From Lingula anatina (taxonomy: Eukaryota > Animalia > Brachiopoda), in contig CM120641.1 of NCBI GenBank assembly GCA_051362555.1, positions 35,904,401-35,968,400 on the forward strand: DNA of 64,000 nucleotides, given 5' to 3'. Below, piece by piece: positions 53,901-62,900 of the stretch. The stretch's first letter is position 1, and every line of letters starts with the position of its first letter. The notes below the pieces were generated by a model. The model did not search any database, was not told the DNA's origin, and was given only the letters and a program-made list of their open reading frames with translations. A program made the translations under genes and the position numbers.

Positions 53901-56900
53901 TGCCTTGGCCCTGAAGACATTGCTTTCCTGCTCATTGTATTCTATGAATAACTTCTGACCAGAATGCCCATGTAACAGACCTGTCCTGTCTCCATTCAAT
54001 GTGTGTATAGTCAAGCTGGCATTGGACTTTCCAGAGGCAACATGAAGGGATGACTGACGGGGAATGTGTACCTCATCAAACTCATAGTGCTCCTGGTCTA
54101 ATTCATCCAAGGTGACATACTTAGAGATTGGTCTGTTTCTGTTGTCTATCATCAGCTTGGTGTATGGAAAACTGTTCCTTATTTCTTGGATGTAAACTGT
54201 TCCACTTCCTCCTGCTCCATCTGCATTTCCACCACTGCCACCAAAGAAAATGAAATCCCCTTCAAATTTGTCCATATGATCAGTATACACAGCTATCCTG
54301 CCCCCAGCACCACCGCCTCGTCCACTGGAACCTCCATTGGCATCCATTTTGCCAAAGCCATCTACCTCTCTGCACTTGACCAAGATGCTACCACCACTCC
54401 CCCCACCTGCTGCAGAACTCCCTCCGGATACAGTGAGAGACCCATCCAGTATCAGATCCACTCCTAGATCTAGATAAATCACACCGCCACCCCTTCCAGC
54501 AGTTCTGATATCCCCATCTCCACCTCGGCTACCTGGTGATGCTGGAAGATAAATGGTTCCATAATAAGTGCCACCATCTGTGTTACTATACCGTCCTCCA
54601 TAGCTACCATGCCCAGCACCAGTATTGATTGAACCAGTGCCTAGAGTGACATCTAGTGTCGAAGAAGTTGACCTGTCTTCTGCTGCAGCTGAAAGTGCAG
54701 CCCCCACCTCAAGATGGACCATGGTAGAGGATATATTGAAGAAGTCTGCCAGGATTCTTCCACCATACTTAACATTGATGTCTCCTATATCGAATCTGGC
54801 CCCCATGTTTGGCTGAAACTCAAATGTGGACCCTGGATACATATTCAGCACTGCCACAGAAATGGTGCCGTTATCACTGAGGTCAGTGATTGAACCATCA
54901 GATGTGATCAAAGCACTCTGAGCTGTTTTGGTCAGATAAACTTTTCTGTTTTGGCCAACTATAAGATGGAGGACTCCCACCAGCTTTCCATCCAGGTGTA
55001 GGGCTGGAGATCGTTGGCCTATGATCTGTGTTGTTTCTGCCATCACTGCTTCTCCACCTTCATCAACCCTTATGCTAACAGGAGTCTTTGTACTGGTTTC
55101 ATTCTCTCCTATCTGCCTTTCAAATATCACTCTCTGTTCATTACGGATGTGCACCAGGGCAGTGTTATCTCCTATCAGCTTCTTGATATTGAGACTTCTG
55201 GCCTGGTCATCATCCTTCATTTGAAGTAATAGAAAATTGGAAATGTGTAATTCATCAAACTCAAGATCAAGACTAGCCTCATCCAGAGTATGGTAGAAGG
55301 CTGTCTGCATGTTGGAGTTGTCTATTCTTAGACTTGTGATAGTGCTGTTATCTTTGGGTTGCTGGGTATATATTGTACCAGGACCTCCGAAACTAGTTGC
55401 GGAGCTCCTTCTACCTTGCCCTCCAGAAGCAGACATTGTCCCAGTGTACCTGCTCTCATTCTGCAAGTAAACAGCTATACGTCCACCGCTACCAGCTCCC
55501 TTTTCTGAATTCCCGCCATTAGCTGAAAGATGACCTATTCCATCAAATTGCTTTGCCTTCAGCCATATGCCACCACCACTGCCAGCACCAGCAGTTTCAC
55601 TGTCAGCACCTTCTGCTATGAGGTCGCCATTAACTGTCAATTGATTAGCAATGACTTTTATGAAGGATCCTCCCTTGCTGCCGAAGCAACCTCCTCTTGT
55701 GCCTGGTTTATCTGGTGTGTAAAGTGAGCCGTAGGGTACAGCTGCATCTGCAACGTTTCCAGAGTTGACACCACCAGGACTTGCATAAGCGCCACCTACA
55801 ACATTGCAAACTCCTGTGGAAGATGTTGCATTAAGCTCAGACATTCCAAGTACACTTAGAGAGGCTGATTTATCGAGTATCATTTTCTCTGCTGTAATAT
55901 TGATATGGTCATATTGGAGTTTCACATGCCTCTTGATGTCAAGGTTGCCTACCACTAGATTCAGTCCTGCTGGAACTATAAATGAAGACCCTTTCTTCAC
56001 AATCATTGACAAGAAATAGTAGTCATCAACTGTGCTAGTTTTAACAAAAGTTTCACCATTCTGCACCCCAGTGTAGCCATTCTCTTTGAATTCTAAGATT
56101 CCATTTTGTTGTAGTTCTATATTCCTCACACCTATTCCTCCATCCACTATGATTTTAGTGTCCACAGTCAGGTCATCAGGAAAGATGACCTTTGCTGACC
56201 TGTCCACCTTAAAGTGAACATCAGTGACCATATGGTGATTTTGTCCCTCCATAATCTCCAGATGCAATGTCTGCTGTCCTTCCACATCAAACCAGGCAGT
56301 GTAGTCACCAGCAATGTCCTTCACCATGACGTCTGTTCTATTGTCTGCTGCTCTGGCTCGAGCATAGGCTGAAGAAAATATTGGGAAATAGTAGACCTGA
56401 TTTTCTCTTAAATGTTTCACAACCACTTGAAATAATCAGCAAACATCATTAAAACCAATTTGAAATAATGAAAAAGGTGATACCTTATTAGTATAGATGG
56501 AAATTTCTAAAAAATCATTGTCAACTTGAATAAGAACAATTTCACAATTTTCATGTGCATTTTGGCATGGCATTTATATTATATGTGGATGCAAAATTAC
56601 TGATAAAACTTAAATCTCTTCTTCAAAAACATGGAAAGGGAAAACAAAATGAAAACAAAAAATTAGTAAACTAGGTGACTCGAACATAAAGTAACTACTA
56701 CTTACATGTTATGCTGATCATATCATAATTGTAAGCAACTGTACTGCTGCCAGTAATCATAGTTTGAGTCTGAGAAAGTACTTCTGTATTGAAGTTCCCC
56801 TTGATATACAATTTGTGAGCTGGGACAGGTTTGATGTCTTCGTGGATGTAAATGGTGCCTGGGCCAGCTACCATGCCAGATATGTCCGAGTTGTCACTAC

Positions 56901-59900
56901 CTCCATATGCTGTCACTTCACCCTCAAATGTATACCTGTCACCAGACCAAAATGTCACTATATCATTTGTTGTATGGTGCAAGATAACAAACACATGTTT
57001 TGCAGTATTAAAAAATCAAACAAAACTGTGTACGCACTACTTCTCTGCCATTGAAAATACCCTATATCTATTAGGTATGTATATAAGCATTCACTGCAAT
57101 TCTATACAAATGAGGTCATATGAGATTCCTGTTTTATCCAAGAGCATATGCCCACTTGCGCATAACTTCACCTCCCCTATTTTTGTCGAGCGAGCATGGC
57201 ACGTGTGGCCAAATAGTGGCACAAAACTTAAGGAATATCAAGATAAGGTTAAGAGTAGACCCAAAGTTTAAAAAGGTCGCACGGTCACAAAATCTTCCGA
57301 CGGGAAGTCAAAAGAAAGTGGTGATGCACCACAATTTCTAACAGAGAATCAAACATTGACGCAGAGTAACGTTAATGTGGAAAACGAAAACAGCGCGTCC
57401 ACTCGTGCCGATAATGCCACGACCCTGGATCAGAAAATTAGTGCAGCACTAGAAATAATAGCTGGCACAATGAAGAATATGCAAGATAATCTTCAAAAGC
57501 AAATGGAAGATTTTAAAAATGAAGTAAGGTATGAATATCCTCAAGAGTAATTAGTGAGGCTCATGATTGAGACCAAGTGGACCAGATGGCAGATGCTGCC
57601 CATAATGAAAATCCAAATACAAAGGAACATTGAGAACTTCTTCCAGAAAAGAAAATGAAAGTCTTGTGAAAATGACTGAAACAGCTAAAAAATCTGAGCC
57701 CAAACGACCTGAAATGAACACAATCTTAGCTGACAATATTACAGCATTCATGAGGTCTAAACCTATGGAAGAAGAAACTAAAGCACTTTTTGAGGAAATT
57801 TTAACTCCTTCCAACTGTGAAGGTTTGCAGTCAATTATAATAAGTGAAAAAATATGGCCCAGCACAAGTCAGATAGAATTTCAGAGAGAGCTATCAAAAT
57901 CATATTTACATCATGGAGAAAATCTACTCAGAACCAATATTCAGTAAAAAGTGGAGAATGTTTTCAAAAGAAAGGAAGGTTGATTTTTATAGACCAACTG
58001 TAGCAAATGTACTAGATTTTTAGTACATCTCTATGAAGATGGCTCAAGTTACAGTGCTATAAACACTGCTAGATGTGCATTATCAACATTTATTATCACT
58101 GGTTCTTCAACAGTGATCCTTTGATTGTAAGGTTTTTGAAAGGAGTTTTTAACACTCGACCTACTGCATCCAGATATCAAGTTTGATATGTATCAGTTGT
58201 TTTGAATTACTTGAGAAAACTTAAGCCAGTAAGGCAGTTATCATTGAAAGATCTTACAATGAAGTTGATCATGCTTATGTCTCTTACATTTGCACAGAGA
58301 GCACAAATGTTGCATTCATTGAAGTTCCAAGAGTTAGAACTTCACAAAAACTATGTTTTATTTAAAGTCAAAGAAACTTTGAAACAAACAAGACCAGGAA
58401 TTGGTACAATATCTATACAATTTAAATCGTACCATACAGTTAGGAGATTGTGTACATTGACATGTGTTAAGGAATATTTGAAAAGGACAAAGCCATTGAG
58501 AAATGGACAAGAAATTTTTTTATAAGTTATAGAAAGCCTTTCTCATCCAAGTGATACAATATCCAGATGGATTCGGATATTGATGCACCAAGCAGGTGTA
58601 GAGGAATCATTTAAGGCTCATTCAACCCGAGCTGCAGCATAGATCATATTTTGAAAGCAGCTGGATGGTCTTCAAGCAAGACTTTTGCAAAGTACTACAA
58701 TAAACCTATTAAATGGAAATAATTTGCTGCAGTTTTGAATAATTAGAAAAGGTATGTGGTATTATGTTTAGAGCATAGAATTTCAATTAAATTTCAATAA
58801 ATGTCATTTAATTTTTTAATTTTGCTGGATAATTTCATTTCATATGTGCTTGAACGCATCTTTAAGACATCAAGACACTGATGACAGTTTTATTTGTATT
58901 AACTAGAGGACAGGAAGAATCTATACAAAACCATACCTTCCAACCACATACGCAGCAATTCTTCCCCCAGCACCATCTCCAGCACCACTACTCCCTGCAC
59001 CACCATCAGCCTTGATGGTACCATGACCCTGAAGCTGGCGTGTCTTGAGCACCACTCCACCACCACTGCCACCACCTGAACCACCACTGCCAGGGGCACC
59101 ATTCACAGATATGGTTCCTAAATACACGTGAGTCTATATGTATATTTTAAAATATTTCTTTAATTCTTTTATATTTATAGATATACGGTAATGTGCCAAG
59201 CATTTCGACGGGCCCAGTCAATCCGACCACAAAAATTATTTTATAAAATTAATTTTTCTGTGCTCAAACAATTAGTCCATACGTCAAAATCATGGGACAG
59301 AATTTTTTTCTTGTTCCGATGTTCGACCACATCGTCGACAAGACTCGGTAAATTTTCAAGCCAGTGAAATAGATGCTGCATGCCTCGGGCCCTTTGTCAA
59401 TTGTTGTCCTTTCAATAGCTCTCGTCAATGAGGAAGAAACAATTAATTGAAGATCTAATCTGGAAGCATGACGTACCTGTCTTTTCCTTTGTCCCCGATG
59501 ACAATAAAAGTGCTTATAGACATACAAATTTTGCTATTAAGCAGACTTGCCCTCGCTGACTGATTTATCACGCCCGTAACTGGGGAGGGTGGGGGGGGGG
59601 GTTAAAAAAAGGTCTATTCTGGATGAAACCAAATATCGACAGTGGGTAGAATACGTCGTAAACACCTTCATATAGACCTTATATCGCGTTTGCTGGCAAT
59701 AAAAAGTTTGGGAAGAATAAGCAATTTATTTTCAAGTTAGATTGAAATATATATGCAGATGGGGAAACGTTCTTGAAGTCAACACCGCAGGATCTTACAT
59801 TTACTACAATCGACCGAAAGATCAGCGGGATCGACCGCCCAGACTTCTTGGCGCCAAATACCACGCGCTGTCAAAATCTGACGAACAGGTGTCGCTGTTC

Positions 59901-62900
59901 ACCTACATGGATAACTGATTTGTCAACAATAAAAATGACGTCTTCCTTAACTCCATGGGAGCTTCATAGAGAGTTCCACTGGGTATTTATGTTACCTGTG
60001 AGTCACTTTCTATTTCCCCAGATGCATGAAATGTTGATAATATTTAGCGTAATCCACGACGAACTCCATTCCTGTGACCCCCTCCCCCAAAATGGGACCG
60101 TCTTCATTAACATGTGGTTTGCGCTATGCTCGAGCAGACCAGATAAAACCAGTCTCTCATTTCTGCATGTGCTCAATTCTCACGTCAAATTATAAATGCA
60201 CCTGTTTTGTGAAAATTATGGCAAGTAAATGCTTTTTTTACGTTCGGGTTGTATCAGTGGGGTTTTCAATATGCACCGTGGTTTGTGCACAGCGAGAGTA
60301 TATTAGTAAGAAAATCGGAAGAATGCCAGCAAAATACTGTATGTCTATTGGCACAGGTACGCTCCGTATTTTGCCTTTTCTCAATAGGTTTTTATATGAC
60401 ATGCTTTTTAAATAAAATACTTAATAGTAATTTGAAGTTACACTGATTTCCGTTTGAATACCAGTTGGTATTCTTTGATACGGGTGATTGAATTTTCTTC
60501 GGAAGTACGTACGTCTACGCCTCGACGCTGAGCAAGCCTTGCGGGTTGAAAACAACTGATCTCAGACTGGTAAAAAATTTCAATTCTGTTTATTTCAGTT
60601 GTCATATTAAAATTCAAATAGGGCGTACGTAGATCACGTAACTAGTTTAAGTCCACTAAAGCTACCGGTTTCAAATATAAGTGACCGGCCTTTGTTTACA
60701 ACACCTGTCTCCGGGGAAATACTCGTCCCACTTGTGAAGCGCATCATGAAAGTGATCGTAGATGAGGAAAATATATAATTAAAATTATAATTGTCGTCTT
60801 TTTGAATGTTAAGTAATGTTAGCACATATTGTACACAGCAAAATAAGATTTCAGGAGGATAAAACATGCCTGAAACACGTTAGGCAAAAATTGCGGCTTA
60901 TCTTGCGTAACACTTCCGGTAAAATGCAATACTTCCGGAAAGATGGACGTTTTGGCAGATGCCCCTAACAATCCGACGATATCAAAGGTTTCCATTTGCT
61001 GTATTTTAATCAATTCGACCAAACTGACATTTCCATGAAATTAATTAATTAATCTTGGTCGAATTGTTTGGCATATTACCGTATGATTTCCATAAAAATT
61101 GCTATTGTCCTCATATTAATTATATATTTCATCTAAAAATGTAGGTTTTTGTCACGTAAAAAAAAAACAATAAGAAAATGTATATAAGGTTTGTAATTTA
61201 TAAAATAGTTACACATTTGGTGAAAAATGGTCTATCAAAATTCTAAAAAATGTCCATTATTTTCTGTATACAAGTTTACAGTTATACAAAAAGCTTAATC
61301 AAAACAATTCAAAGACATTCTAATCCTAGGATGAAAAACAGTAAATCACAACAAACCATCAAGATAAAAAGCCAGCAGCACTGTGATGTTAAGGTGGCCA
61401 CCTCCTGCCCCACCCAGCTCTGTAGAACTGTTTCCTCCTCCACTCCCAGGCTGTGCAGGCATGCGCGTTGACCCATACCATGGTCCTCCATGTGTTCCAG
61501 GCAGCCACGACCCTCCGCTGGCACCATAACCTCCACCAGTTACTGTCTTTTCATCAAGCTGAAAAATAGGAAAGACATAAAAACAGTAGGCATAAATTAA
61601 TGAACGCTACTGGCAATTATTTCAGAATTGAAATAAGCTACGTCTGAAGCTAGGCTGAAGTCATGTTAATTTTTAGACACACTGATTGTTGTAGAATGCA
61701 GATTATTTTCAGGTTATCTGACTAGATACTTCAGTCCTGTTTAAATTAACAGACATGACAGAAAGCACAATTTTCTCTTAATGCATATTAAAAAAGAAAA
61801 ACAAAAAAGTAAAATCAATAATAAAAATGCCCACTGTAGCAGAATTACACAGTACACGCTCAGTTTGTAAAACCTTTCCCTTTAACCTGCCTAAAAATAC
61901 AAAATCTATAATGATAACTAATCTGTTCACCTGTTGGCCAGCTCCAGGACCCTGATTTGGCCCAAATCCTCCACCATTCAGGTCCAGCAGAGCTCCAAGA
62001 TGGAGACTAATTTCATTGGCACTGATCTCCAGTTGCGAGGCTTTAATGGTGGCCCCATATGCAGCATCCAAAGTTCCAACATTTAAAACTGCAGCAGTAT
62101 TTACGTCACTGTCCAAATTCATTACAGAATGGTGTTTCAGCCTAACTGCAGCAAACTTGTATGTGCCTGGGTCAGTGATGAAGGGGTAATTTCCATCTTC
62201 ATAGATTGCCGTTCTAGTGGTCTGAGCCAGGGTCACTTTCTGACCAGGAGCAAGAACTAGAACTCTCACATTGCTGATTATGCCTGTAGACCAGAAATTA
62301 TAATGATATCTTTCAATATTCTAATCACATATCAGTTTCAGAATTCTCCATAATGAATACCCATAGTCATAATAGGAAAAAAACATGGGTGCATGACAAT
62401 GGTTGTATGTTGAACTCCCTTAAAACACCAGTAAAGAGACAGGGTGAAAGGTTACCACTTATGAGCAATACAGTTTCTTTTAAAAGCATATGGAAAATTT
62501 AATGAATAAAATTGTAATGTCCCTTTAATGTCCAGCATTGAAAAATATGAAACTTTAAAGACTTTACTATATTTACGATATTGATTGTACCTTTTAGATC
62601 ATTGGATGGTCCAAGTAGTGCAACAGTGCTGGGCAACCGGACTTCTCCCCCATCACTCATCTGTATACTACACTCAATATTGGCTTCTTTGTCTTGTCCA
62701 AGCTCAAACACAGTGTCATCCCCAATGACAACTGTCCCAGAAGTGTCACAGAAGAGAGCAGTGGTCCGTAACAAGGTGCTGTTTGGTCGGTTGTTCCTCA
62801 TACTCACCACAGCACCCTTCAAAATGTGGATTTCATCAAAAAGTAACATATCTGAATCTTCATTCTGTATCAAGGTGCCTTGATCAGGACCATTCATAAG

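Noticed and set aside
8318-56426. Treating the long ORFs as separate prokaryote-style genes or an operon
   Set aside because: The ORFs lack signal peptides and true starts, begin and end mid-domain, and join precisely through GT-AG introns.
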